The notes under the pieces were generated by a model, which was not told where the DNA came from, searched no databases, and saw nothing but the letters and a program-made list of their open reading frames with translations. From the NCBI RefSeq assembly GCF_000150275.1, contig NW_002060951.1:2848580-2912579 (forward strand): DNA of 64,000 nt, given 5' to 3'. The translations under genes were made by a program, and so were the position numbers. Below, one piece after another: positions 24,264 through 38,204 of this stretch. Position 1 is the stretch's first letter, and each line of letters opens with the position of its first letter. Source of the DNA: Trichoplax adhaerens (lineage: Eukaryota > Animalia > Placozoa).

Positions 24264-27257
24264 TTTTACTAATCTCTTGGTGATCAAAGAATTCAGTTCG
24301 AGTTCGAAGTTTTTCGTAAATCTTATTAGTAAGTACGGGTGGCAAATATTGGAAATAGGTGAGGGAGAGTTAAATATCTGCAGATCTTAACTGATATTGT
24401 TAGATTCAAATCTGTTGCGTATTTTTATATCATAAGTTTCATTGGGTGATACGATACCGTGGGTTTCACCGCTATTTGTATTACCGTGTCCTTTAGTACG
24501 GTATAATCCAAAATTGATTTAACTGAAGGTAATACTAATAGACGATTTCGATACAGCGACAACATAGCACAGTCGACAATAGGATTGTATGGAGCGCTAA
24601 TTACGGTACTGTACCCACTTATTATCAGCAGTTAAGGATTTAGGTTTAACACTAAATGTCATGCTAAGCCTACTTGTTGATAATAAGTAGAATCAAATTG
24701 GAGCGAAAACATATGCTACCGTATGCTTGGATGTATTGCTTATTAATTATAGCTATTTTGATTAAATTAGATCATTCCTATCCGGGGTGGCTTTCAAATT
24801 ACTCATATATTGATTTGTGATAGCGTATTTTTAGGGTACTGTATATATAGATTTTGCATATTGTTACGTATTACTACAGTAATATGTTATTGAGAGAATT
24901 TGGTGTAATTACTCAGTCAAATCATTGACTATAATAAGGGTATGTCTACGCAAACGTATGCACGTAGAAGAGACCTTCATTAGCTGTTATTGTAACATGC
25001 AACAAATTGGGTTACCTGTATGGAGATTTTTCTATTCTTCATTCTGGAATACATTGCTTTTATAATTTAAGCAATAATTTAATAAATGTTTTCATTTTAA
25101 GTGCCAGATATCTTCAGCCGCTTGGTAAAGTGCTCCTTAATACAGTTAATCCCTAACGAAGTAAATAAGATTTTAAATGTGACAGGCCAGAAGTATTTAT
25201 TGGTTGCTGGTTCAAAGTATTTTATAAAAAATACTTTAAGCGTGGTACAGTATGCTGCAAATCTAATAAAATAATTTCGTCCGTGTGTATGTGTACTTTT
25301 CAGTACATACGGGGTGAGGCGTTTCTTATATCTAAATTAATGAAACTGTAATACAGTTCTGATTTGATTAATTATTGGTAACGGTTGTAAATTTAATAGA
25401 TAATTATTCTCTATATGGATAATGTTGTTAGATTTTTATCGGTAACTTTCTCTGTATCTGATATTATGAACTCAAGATGAACTTTAGGTTGAAAGAATTG
25501 CAACCAGGTATCAAGAATTTAGGTCGATTACATTTAAATTAAAATGATAGAGATTGCAGTTTTTGCAAGAGTAGTCGTATAAAATAACTCAATAATGAAT
25601 CAAATTATTGTAATATTGGCCTATGGTTAAGTATTATTGCATAAATAATATTGGTCTAGAGCGATTCGGCCCTATATCGAGTTTTCTGGTTTAGAAACCT
25701 TACTAGAGGAATCACATTATAGTAATACTAATTCGATATTTTGAATCTAATTAGTATGTAATAAAATACACCGACATACCCGGGTATACATTTAATTACG
25801 AAGGGCTAAGGTATCACCAAATTTCGGAATGTTCTCTGTATAAAGTATAGCGGTTAAGGGTAAACTATCAAGTAAATTGATAGCAGACCTTTGTCATTAA
25901 TAATGATTGCATAAAGGTTGATGCACAGTGTAAATATCCTGTGAGAAAAAACCACGATTTAATCAAATCACAAAGGAACTAAGTTGAAAACCAATCATTA
26001 ACTGGTATTCTTTACAGCTTTACATGAGTTTATTACCAACTATGTGATATATTATTGATGCTTATAAATTTTTTATATTTGTCGAAACAAACTTTTTAAG
26101 TTATTTCACGCGTAAAACTTCTGGTAAGCGTATGCTTAGTAATTGAAAAATCTTGACATTTAATGATTGCTATGGAGATTTTTAAAGATTTCGCAGAGTC
26201 TAACTGATTGAGAGCTTGTAGATAGCATAACATACTTGTACGTAGATCTTTTTTATTAATTAATAGGTTAATGTAGTTGATTCTTAATTTTATTATCATT
26301 GATGTAAGGGTATTTATTTCTATGTGTTTATACAACCGCTAAGAAGTGCGGCGTAGCGTATTACCTGCAAAACTGCACTCGATTAAAATACTACGTTACA
26401 TAGTCAAATGGTACTTGATTCAATATTTTGATCGTTAGATACATATATAAATAAGCACTTTTCTGTTATTTAATGATCGGGAAGTCAATAGTTACTTAAG
26501 TTGAAATATTATATAGCTATATTGTTCTTAAAAACAGCTTTGAAACCAAAGATTTGCTGATATTAGCTATTTTTAGAAGATTGAATTGATTCAATTTTTA
26601 CAAATTAATAAGAAATGAATACTGCTCATTAAATCTTAAGGTTGCTGTTGCTACATTATTATAATAAATCCATGAATATTGTCAAAGATAAGACCAAGAT
26701 TGAGACAAGAAATCGTATTCTTAAATCATTAAATAATCACAATCACATTTTGTTATCAGATACCAGTTTACCAAATATTACACACCAAATACATTAAGTT
26801 TATAAATAACAACTGCTTCGGTACTGGAAACTGTTAATAAACCAGGAAATTATTGTATCAAGGGACAATTTTAGTTAAGTCAGCTTTTTATGTCAAAGTT
26901 TCTCTTCAAAGCCGAGAAATAAATTTCGATTATTTGTATAACATTGTAATTCTCATTTCACAAAACTAAACTAAAAAATAGATAAATTTACGCAAGATAA
27001 AGAAGCAGTAATATATAAATTATAATTGCTAAAGTGGTTTGATCAGAAAATTTAAATAAATCATCAATTCAAGTCTAACGTTACTTGTTTGTTGATATTA
27101 TTTTCTGTTAACTGAGACGACGAAGTGTTTGGAAGTGCATAGACCTTATGTAAAGCTTTGTTATAGTATTTTCAGGCAAAGATTATTGATGTGTATCGCA
27201 CTCTGTGGTTTAAATTCAAAACGAACCATGAGAGAATTTACTTGGTGAAGAAAGTAG

Positions 27258-30200
27258 CTAACGAGCGGTATTAATTGGGCTTATAGTTGCCCTAGGTGAG
27301 CTCGTAGTTTTACTGTTTCCACTACCACCGTTAGGAGTAGCTCCTCCACCACTGCTACCGCCGCTGTTATCACGAAGTTGGACTATTAGGATTATAATGA
27401 TGATTATGATCAGGACTAAGGCTAGGGCCAGGCATATAATCTTTTTCTATAAAGCATTAAAAACATTAACTTCATCAGTCGCGATTACGCAACTAAAGAT
27501 ATTTACGAGTACGTGTATACTTTTCGAGCTGCAGATTGGTATTTGACGGCCTTTTTGACATCTTCTTTAGCGCTACAAATAAAATCTACTGCATTAACGG
27601 TGTTATGTTCTATGTTATCTATCATTTCGCCTTGACTTTCTACCAACATTGCCATATCTAAAAACATCTCATGAAGTTCCTGGTAATTAAACGCAAATTC
27701 GTTGTTACGGTGTTACCTTACCTTTAGGATAGCTTAATAGTACTATAGTAGTAGCTAATATGAAAAATATCAATACAATATTTGTAGTGCAAGGTGAGAT
27801 AAGTAATGCCTTAACGTGATTAATATTTCTGATAGTTTATTACATATTTGATATTGACTGTTATTATGTGAATAAATAGTCGTAAGGTGATTCAATTTCT
27901 AGCTAATGATAGTTGAACTACACAGCATACATACTTAGATTAAGTATGAGTAATAGGTTAAAAATATTTAGTGATAGAAAAGCTATGTAAGGAACAGCTA
28001 AGTTCGACATGTCTCTCCTTGTAAGGTATAATAGTAATACTGTTGTTGTTTACAAGTTAGATGGTTCTTATATAAATAGGAACTTTTTGAGTTAAGTTGA
28101 GTTGTGAAAAGTTGTAGATGTGTCTGCGCTAATAAAAGTTCTATCTTTAGGGTACTTTGCTGTGTGCATTTAACGTTTAGTAAAAGAGCGTTTAAGTCAA
28201 TAGTTACTTATAGACTTTACGTTTCCTTCGTTGCAGAAGTTAAATCGTGACATTCGTTTATTTCTTTCTGAGAATTCAAAGTATGCAAATGAAATGTACT
28301 AATAATTCAGTGAAGATGTTGTGTAAGCAAACCTTAATACTTTTCTCTAAGTTCATAATATCATTATGTCTTGCTTCAATTGCTTCTAGTGCTTGCTTCG
28401 CATCTTTAGTATCGGTTATTACCTACAGAAAACATTGTCCGATAACATCCAAGAACTATCGGTGAATACTGAGATGTCTTCTTGTACTAGTACAGTAAAT
28501 ACCGTAATAATGTAAGTACCGCTTGTGTAAAAATTTCCGGGTTTCCACTTTCTAGCATGTCTTCAATTTCTTCGTCTGTCGTAGGTTTTCCAGCTGAAGA
28601 TAGCAGAGATTTTGTTAATTGTAAAATATATTTAGATTAGGTTATACGATTAATATATGTTCTTATCAGCGTAGGATTGTATAATGCGATATTTGTCATA
28701 CTTATTTTTAGCTGTCTCTTTATCCTGTCTTTACACTTCTCTCTGTAATCATTTTGAATTTTGTTGTATGTCAGCATAAGATTAACTAAGCGATGAGAAA
28801 GTGCAGCATGCTGTAATATAAAGAAAGTAAATTCGATTATCTCCATGCGATAAATTATTCGGGCATTTCTGTTCCTGATGATAATTACAATCGCTATACA
28901 TCGTCTTAATACTTTGTTAGTTTGTTAAGATAAAAAAGACTACCTGAGTTCTTTTGATTCTGGCTTCTGCTGATTGTTCTTCCGTTCTTTCTATGTTGAT
29001 TTCGATATCTGTTTGAATTCATAATTAAATCTGAGCTTAATCTACGCTAATTGAATAGCTTTAGTAATGTAATCCAATAAATAACGCTTCGCGGGGTAAT
29101 TCAATCTGCACTTATCTGTTGTAATTTGTTTATAGTGCGAATATATACCTTTAAGACGGGCTCTTACGCGATTAGCCTTTAGCTTAATGGAATTCATCGC
29201 ACTTTCCAATCTTTCTTTATCTTCTGTAATATTTATAATGCAATATCAGGAGTTAAAGTTGATTTACATTAATATTTGACATGAGGCAAAATGAGCAAAC
29301 CTTCAGCCATTTTCGGAGCGGTCAAAATATGAGTATGCATTTTTTCCACATGGGCAACATCATTTTCAATTGCACTAAGATCTTGTTCTATTATTTCAAT
29401 CTGTATTTTGCATCGTTGATGACTGTAATTAGTATCTAATTGAAGTTTATTAAGTGCAACATAGACTACTTAAAAATCAAATCTACAATAGTGCTGATAT
29501 TGCGTCATTCAGGTTTAGATATATACGTATGGTGTCATCGCTATGAGATAAGGTACAATGGATAAGAAATTTTATAGTAAAAAATGATAGTTCTACGCAA
29601 TGGGGGATTTGTAAATATCGGAACAAAATTGTCCTCGATATTTTTATTAAATGTAAAATGCAACCGTGATTTGACGTCCGTTGAAAATGATACTGCAGAA
29701 AATAATGCTATCTTGTTGATCCCGGTAATAAAGAACGCTTTGCTCAATATTTTAAGAAGACTCTAGAAATTTATATATTAATGGGAATATTCCCTTTATG
29801 AAAGAAATCTAATTGAGGAGTTAGTTCGGTTAATGAGCTGCAGGATATGAGTGAAAAGCTCTTACTAAGGCACTTACGTAACATAGACCGTATATTTTGA
29901 TAATTACATCTGTAGAACTTCGATTTCTGTAGCAAAATACTGGAGGTTATTTGCACGGAGTTGTTAATTGAGTTCTTCCCGTGAAATGTTTTACTAGCTG
30001 TTAAGATATGACTGTGTACTGGGTAATAGCATCAATTAATATTATCAGAGCTCTTATTCTCACGGCATAATGGAGGTAGCTGCCTGATATTAAGTTAAAT
30101 CAAATTGGGCAAGATATACCGTTGAAATGATTGCAATGAAAAGGAGATGGTATACAGTAGATGATGTGAATTACTTAAATTAAAAACCTCTTCGTTTGGT

Positions 30201-32050
30201 ATTGAAGTCTATATGAGCATTAGGTTTCGGAGAATTGAAGAGATTGGAATTAAACCGTTGTATACCGGTACTTAATTTATTCAAAGGCTTCCTATTTTGT
30301 CTTTTACTGTTACTGATACATGACGAAACTGTACATATATGCGAATGTAGTATTATCATGTGTAGAATTGGTCTTTAATTTAGAAGCAGATAATCGGATA
30401 TGAGCGTTCAGTTTGGGTGTTATAGGAATGAGAGGCAATGTTGCGAATAGACAAATATAATATTTGATTCGTTTTACGTAGGAAATGAATCTTTTTACAA
30501 TCTATTTCATCTTGTAGTTAAGCTTTTAAGATATTTTTGCAGTTAAATAAATTCGAAAAATATGCTTAAAGTTTACGTACTATGTAAGAAGCAACCATAA
30601 TAATTATCGACATGCACACATTATAAGTTTTCTACAATCGAGATAATAAAAATAAATAATGTGATAATATATCATGTGTAAGAATTATAACTACAGCTAA
30701 AAATATTTCGAATAGATTGACTAAAATGTTGCATGGATGACTCTTATACTATATTATGTTAGCTAAATAATACGATAGAAAGAGGTAAGATAATACTGAT
30801 GTATAATAGATTTTATGGTAGCAAGATTCGTGTTTAGGGACGTATTTACAATCATTACCTCTTTAAAGAAGTCATCCATAAAACCACCACCGCCAGGTGT
30901 AACATCAACCAATACGTCGTCAACGACCACTCCACCGTCATTGTCATTATTTCCAAGTTGTGTCTGATACGAAGAGTAACAAATTATGAGTTGATGTCGC
31001 TACATAAGTTAAGCTATAGTTTCATTTATTGGGAAATTAACGTACGATTTATCGTTTAACATTTATATATATAAATTAGCAATCGGATGTGTAGCCTATG
31101 ATAATGAATTTTATTTATTATGTTAAGCACTATGTATTAGAATTCTATGCAGTAGATCATATCCAGCACTCAGTGCTATACTGTACTGTAGTTTACATAC
31201 ACATATATATATATATATATACTGTAATAACCATAGGCTGTTACACCGTGAGTGCGCTATGCAGTTTATGTAGAATTAGTGTACCATGCATGCAGTATAT
31301 ATGTAAGTGAAAATATAGACCCAACCACTTCGACATAGAATTGATTTTTCGTACACTTCGCTGAAACTACTGGAGTGAAGTATGCAAAAAAATCTATGTT
31401 GAAATGTTGGATCTAGCTAGTACCTATTACTATCTTCGTGATACTAAGGGTTAAATATGTGAAATATTACATTTATTGATTCCACTACGTAAGTAAGACA
31501 TGTTTGGAATGAGTCAAACGAAAGTAAAAATAACTACAATGTTATAATGATTAAAATAGTAGTGTAAGTAGAGCTAAAGGACTTAATGAAGTAGTGTAAT
31601 GATCGATTGTACCCAGGAAAGTTAATTAAGTGCTATCGAAAGTAAACGACGGTACATATGTGTATACGCTATATTAAGTACTTGGACTACGATTAATAAT
31701 AAGTGCTATATTACATATTTTTTGTTATTGATAAATCTTGATCTATCGTAATATAAAAAAATTAAAAAATTTATACGCGTATTTCATAGCTAGAAATGAG
31801 ATAATAAAAGATTCGTAAATAGTGAAGTAAAATAAAATAAACTTAAGTTCATGGCATATATCTATCAACAAGAAATTGATTTCAGAGTAAATGCAGAGGA
31901 AATTGGTACAGTATGTGGCGTTACTACGTAATATTGTACGAGGATATACGAGCTTGTATAATGATGTCGATGCATGTACAATAGATTGAACGGGTCTATG
32001 TCGCCTCGATGGCACTGTACCTCTCTTATATCTGCCAGTCTATCCCTCAT
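27258..32050 (-). CDS. Syntaxin-1-like Qa-SNARE, paralogue C (10 coding exons)
   Basis: [10 protein letters not shown] / ...FMDDFFKE / [14 protein letters not shown]... / ...ANRVRARLK / ...[10 protein letters not shown] / [12 protein letters not shown]...[15 protein letters not shown] / [25 protein letters not shown] / ...[16 protein letters not shown] / [24 protein letters not shown]...[13 protein letters not shown] / TM plus 40-residue tail. Confidence 0.94.
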
Positions 32051-32754
32051 AGCTACTGTAGATGATTTCGAGATGATTTATGATACAGCCAATAGTTATT
32101 AAACTGAAAACGTCCACTTTAACAGGAGCGTCGCTTTGCCTGTACTATTTTTTTTTAAGGTGAATTCGTTTCTTTTGATAAGGCTAGATGGTTAAAAATT
32201 TCCAGTTCAACCTAAGAATAATTACAGTTTATGGATTGTTTAATACGACATACAGTATTTGACAACCGTGTACGGTTTAAAGTTTGCTTTTAGTCCATTC
32301 CAATAGTACCATATGTATGTTGGACTTTGTACGTAATTGGAAAATTCTGAATGAGGAAATTTCTTATTCAGTTGTAAAGGTGCATGCGATATTTTTGTCT
32401 TTTCACAATAAATGATTCCTGTCGGGAATTGTTGCTTCTTAAGAGAAAAAATTTACTTTCAAATAGTAACTACGCATATAGTTATAAAGCTTAACCATTC
32501 GTAAATGATAAAATTATATTTTATATTATGTTTTTAACCTGTCTTTATAAATTTATTCGGTTGAAAAATTAATACTTGATAGTGATCGCAATGCTGTATT
32601 TATAATTTCCACAACAAAGCACAATAGACTCAGAAATAAATATACAATTATACTGCGCGTTTGTGGCGATTACGTAGAGCCATATATTTAATCACATAAA
32701 AGAATCTTTTACTTGACATGTCTAGGGAGTAGATTGCACAATGTAAATCGAAAA

Positions 32755-33760
32755 TAGTACAGTACTTGTATTGTTGTATTTATTTTCTGGTACAGCAGTA
32801 CTGTACCAGCGTACTGTACAGTGTACTGTACAGTACGTACTACTCTACAGTACAGTACTGTATACTGTACAGTACAGTACAGTACAGTACAGACTACAAA
32901 ATGTACTGTACAGTGTACAGTACTGTACAATGCACAGCGGAATAACGGAACTGTACTGTACAGTACATTGTACAGTACAACTGTACAGTACAGTACTATA
33001 CAGTACAGTACAAAGTGTACTACTGTACTGTAGTCCCAGGCACCTTTTATTACAGTGCAGACTACAGAACGTACTGTAGTGTACAGTATACAGTACTGTA
33101 CAGTAGTGTACAGTACAGTATAGCGACTAGATAGTGGATACTGTTGACGTTACAATCAAAGAAAGAAATACAGTACTGTACTGTAAATAAAAGAAAAAAA
33201 GGGGAAAAATTTCTTTTTTTCTTTTATTCATTAATTAATTACTAGTACTCTACTGTACAGTGTACAGTAGATGCCTTCGCTTACAGTATAGTACAGTACA
33301 GTACAGTACTGTACTTTGAGCACTGTAATGCATCATTTATCCACAATTTCCATGTTTAATTAATTAATTACTATGGTGCAGTTTTCGAATTACTGTAAGA
33401 GTTATTTTCTTACGTTGATAATTTTCCCTATTTTAAATTACCGGTAACTACTGTACACTCAGTGTACAGTACTGTACTGTATAGTACAATACGTACTGGT
33501 TTTGATACTGTACTGTATATTTTCAAACGCTGAGAAAAATTTTGTAACACCTGTACTGTACTGTACGTACTGTACAGTACTGCACACTGAACAGTGAACT
33601 ACTTTACAGTACTGTACTGTAGACCTGACGTGAACAGCGGTAATGCACTTTTTTACAGTACTGTACAGTACAGTACTGTACTGTAAATGTAAAAAAGTAC
33701 TGTACAATATTTGTACAGAACCTGTAAAATTACTGAAACACATACTGTAGTACTGTATGA
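32755..33760. repeat. CAGTA/TACTG array in the divergent syntaxin C / Ran promoter region
   Basis: About 1 kb of degenerate pentamer runs between the two head-to-head genes, ending just before a GC-rich patch at ~33770-33800. Confidence 0.9.
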
Positions 33761-33774
33761 TCAAAAGTCAAAGT

Positions 33775-33891
33775 CGGAGCGGAGCCTGAGAGCGCGCGTA
33801 AAGATTTTTCTTCAAATTACTGTACATCACCGCTCGTACAACAGCCAGTCTATTGCTGCAAGAAATTTACATTAATTCTAGGATCCGATAG
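33775..33891 (+). promoter_or_regulatory. Probable 5' non-coding exon / TSS region of Ran
   Basis: CpG-containing patch directly after the array, a GT donor at 33892, and a pyrimidine tract plus AG acceptor at 34056-34057, 30 nt before the ATG. Confidence 0.45.
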
Positions 33892-34087
33892 GTATCTGAG
33901 ACTCATCGTCATGTTAACCGATCATCTTTGAATTATTTTTATGTTATCCATAGGGCTATAGCTATAATTAACGTAATAAAGATAGTTTTTCTTATAAAGG
34001 GTTACTTTGAACTCATATTTTATATTGGTTAACTTTTCACTTTTTGATTTCTATCAGATTTTTTGAAACTGAACAGACGACACAGTA

Positions 34088-36974
34088 ATGGAACAATCTT
34101 CTCAGCAACAGGATACGCAAGTCCCTACTTTTAAGGTTATTCGACAATATTGTAAAGTGATAAGACGATAGTAAATAACCAATAGTAATGCTTATTGATA
34201 TGTTATTGTTAGATTTTATAAAGTCTGTCATTGCGATAGATTCTATTAATTTAATTTTTAGTATGACGTGCTATTGGGCTTGTACGGCATCAGGCTATTT
34301 TTTGATAGTTGTTATAGTAATGTACTTTGTATAGGCGCTGATATTGTTCTTACGATATGTTTACTTCGTATTTACAACGATTTAATAGTTGTTTCATTCG
34401 GTAATATAATGGAATATTACTATATTTGTCTTACGGTTTTACTTCTGTAGTATTTTGATGGTGCAATTTTATCAGTGTATAGTCGTATGAAGTTTAGTAT
34501 TCAAGAGTTTCAAGATGTTGCTGTGTAAGGTATTGCAATACTAATGTGACAGTACTGCATGCCGATTTCAACCTGAGGTGCACGCACACTCTATCAGAAT
34601 ACGGCTAATTATAAGTATCAATTAGTCGAAACTCCAGCGCAATTCACTGATGGACATGTGCTAACTTTTAGATTATTTAGCTTAACTGTCGCATTTGCAA
34701 GATATATTTATAGTGAAATGAAGCTTACCATGTAGCATCCATTACAGTATATTTACTTTACTATATTCTGTAAACGTAAGTATTTGAAACTAAAAACTAT
34801 TTACTTGCAGTTGGTACTGGTTGGAGATGGAGGCGTTGGTAAAACTACTTTTGTGAAGCGCCATTTAACGGGAGAGTTTGAGAAAAGATATGTAGGTTGG
34901 TATTAACATCAGATGCCTTTGCTACTTTTGTTACTGCTTTTTTTTTTGAGGTACCTTGCATCGTACACAACTGTACAAGTACTATTTTCTTGACTTTACC
35001 GTATGAAACTTTTAAAGTTAAAGAAATTTTAATCTTTACTATACCCTTCATTGCACTCTACGTGCAATGTATACTTGAATTAGTTGAATATACGGCAATA
35101 GCGTAATAACGTAGTGTAATTGCTAGTTTACTGTACAGCGCACTGAAATCTGATCATATACACGGTGCATCTTTTGATGAAGTGTAATTACATAAATCGC
35201 TACTTGGGTGGTGGGTATCTCGACTGGTATATTCATAAAGTTCTGGTAGACTATTGAATCATTACATGTAATTGTCGTCTATATCAGCTTGTGAAAACGT
35301 ATGGGTGCTGTGATGGGAAAGTCTGTTTAGATGAATTGAATACTTTTAATTCATCAAAAATTAGTACAACTATAGTCTTTCATCTGTAAATATATTGCCG
35401 TTGATTTATTTATTATAAAACGCTTATACTATATTGTAAATAATGATTTTGAAAATTCGTAAGTATTTTAGATTCGTTAAAGTTAGAACTGTAGACTTGA
35501 ATTGATAGCAATCCCATCATCTTTAGAAAATAAAGTTAATTTAAGTACTTCAGTAGATGTGAGCACGTAATTATGATTAATATGGTGGGTTCGTATCAGG
35601 ATTTTTCATACAATTATCTTCCGATGATGCAGTTTTATAGCACTTCATTTGCAATATTGGTTTAGTAGCTTAAATCATTTATCTGTGGATAAATTATTGA
35701 CCTACTCTCGTGTATAAAAAGGCCTTATTTGATTGTTTAAAAATGACAATTCACCCTCATAGCATTTTATCATGATCATCTTTCTGATTGTAAGCCTATA
35801 GATTATACAATTTGTTAAGATTGTTTTGTTGTAGAAATTTTATCATATTGTAAGATATTGTAATGATAGTGTTGGGTAAAGTAGTTAATCATTATATGCC
35901 AGATTTTGTTACTGTCATTTACCGTAAGCGCAATATACACTGCCTAACATGTTACGTATTACATCAAATAATGATTAATTACTGAAGGTTTAGAATATAG
36001 GGAGGATTAAGATAGGGGACGATATGTAAAATAACGGTGAATTATTACGATATGAAGCAAATTAGTTAATTTAGTTCTATACAGATGCGTCAACCATACA
36101 TTGTGCAGTGGATATAATATTTATGGAAGTAGTTTCAGCGTCTATTTTAGCGAAGGATACAGTGACAACGGGTCGTCCCTAAATTTAGATTGTCTCAAAA
36201 GGCTAAAAATTTTTTCTGTATTTAAGGTAGTGTGTTATTACTTAAGCTGAATTAAGCTTCCATTTAAAGCCACACTAGGTGTAGAAGTGCATCCGCTGTT
36301 ATTTCACACTAATCTTGGACCGATAAGATTTAATGTTTGGGATACGGCCGGTCAAGAAAAATTTGGAGGACTTCGTGACGGTTATTACATTCAGGGACAA
36401 TGCGCGATTATTATGTTCGATGTTACCTCTAAAATGACTTATAAGAATGTCCCGAATTGGCATCGAGATCTTGTTCGTGTTTGCAATGAAATCCCAATTG
36501 TTTTATGTGGTAACAAGGTTGACGAAAAAGATCGTAAAATTAAGGCCAAACTGATAAATTTTCATCGAAAGAAGAATTTACAGGTTAGTGGTGTATCACT
36601 AATTCGTGTTTGTGGTCTTGGTTTAATGTGGTAGATTTCTTACGTGAATTATTAAAATTTAGCTTATGAATATATTCTGTATTGTTGGGATGATATCGTT
36701 AGTAAATTAAATAATGTTAGGGTATAATATTAAAATCAGTAATAATTTTTTACCTCAGTATTACGATATCAGCGCAAAAAGTAACTACAACTTTGAGAAG
36801 CCGTTTCTTTGGCTTGCACGAAAATTGACGGGCGACCCTAATCTAGATTTTGTCGCCATGCCGGCATTGGCGCCTCCTGAGGTGCGTATGGATCCTGCAT
36901 TGGTCAGTCAGTATGAAAAGGAGTTGGTACAAGCTCAGTCGGTTGCTCTTCCGGATGACGACGATGATATTTAG
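34088..36974 (+). CDS. RAN: GTP-binding nuclear protein Ran (exons 34088-34135, 34811-34895, 36270-36583, 36759-36974)
   Basis: [43 protein letters not shown]...[17 protein letters not shown]...NKVD...[26 protein letters not shown]...LPDDDDDI* with the acidic C-terminal tail typical of Ran. Confidence 0.98.
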
Positions 36975-38204
36975 AATTATTGGGTAACTCTAAGATTGCA
37001 TTCCAGATTACAATGCAGCTAAATAATTTTGTAATAGAGATTTCGTTAAATTAATGTACCTAACAAATTACTGCGAAATATGTGAAGAGCTACAGTACCA
37101 TCTTGTAATCCCTTTACAAAGCTAAATTTTCGTAGCTCAAGGTTATCCTAGAGATCGAAGCTTTCAGATTCGTTATTGTATGATGAAGTTTTGGCGTATA
37201 TCGATTTTGGTATTGAAATATACATGTTATATCCTACGATTAAGGTCAACATCATTTATCTAAAAACTTTGCCGAGTTTTTGTCTAATTCGTTGGAAAAG
37301 ATACCTTTATTGAGTTAATGTGACGACCGTTATATACTCATGCAAAATGAAATTTACAGTAGTTTTGAGTGTTATTGGTTAAGTAGTAACAGTAATTGAA
37401 AGTAATAAAAAAAATCCGTTTTACACGGTTTTGACCAATCGCATATCTGCTTTTAAATGAAGTTAAATTTGCTAATCCTTGAGAATATTATCATTAATAA
37501 TGATAATAATTAGGAATTACTGTCACGATATAATACAGTGTTGTAGAGATACAGATATACAGTTAACTTAAAGGAGAATTTATCCCAATCTAAAATTTTT
37601 GATGGCATGCACCTACTGAGTTACTGATGGTAGGAATTACTAAAAAATTGAGGGAAGTAAAGCTGCCGTTCTTTCTAAAAATTTCTAATACTGTATAGAG
37701 AACGATAGATTTACTTCCTTTTTTTGCTGTACAGCACTAATTTTCTTTTTGTTGTCTAACTTGTACCTTATCAGAGACTTTAGCGCGTGTTACGCATAAT
37801 TTCGAATGAATTAATTAATCAGCTCTGTTTGCCCATTGAGTTCTCACCAAAAATTATATTAATTTTAATTTTAATAGCTTTAAATTAATTAATTGATTAA
37901 CTATGAAGCATAAACTATCAAGTACCACTGCTTCATGTGCTGTGCAAGTGTTATTAGCCTGACCTTAACGCTAGAGGCAAAAAATTTTATACCTTTGCAA
38001 TGTCTAGACAATAGTGAATTGCATCGTAGTGAGACGTTAAACTGTGCTGTGCTACACGTGTACTTGCCCATACGTACAGTATTACCCGATCTTTACTCGG
38101 TACAGTACTGTATCGCGGACTACTTCGACGTACGGAAATCTAGTGGTCATGATCAATCATGATACTACTACAGTAAATCTTACCGTCAAGATCTAATTAG
38201 TAGT

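Noticed and set aside
31203-31220. (TA)n microsatellites here and at ~38805, 42930 and 54610
   Set aside because: Ordinary short dinucleotide repeats in AT-rich introns.
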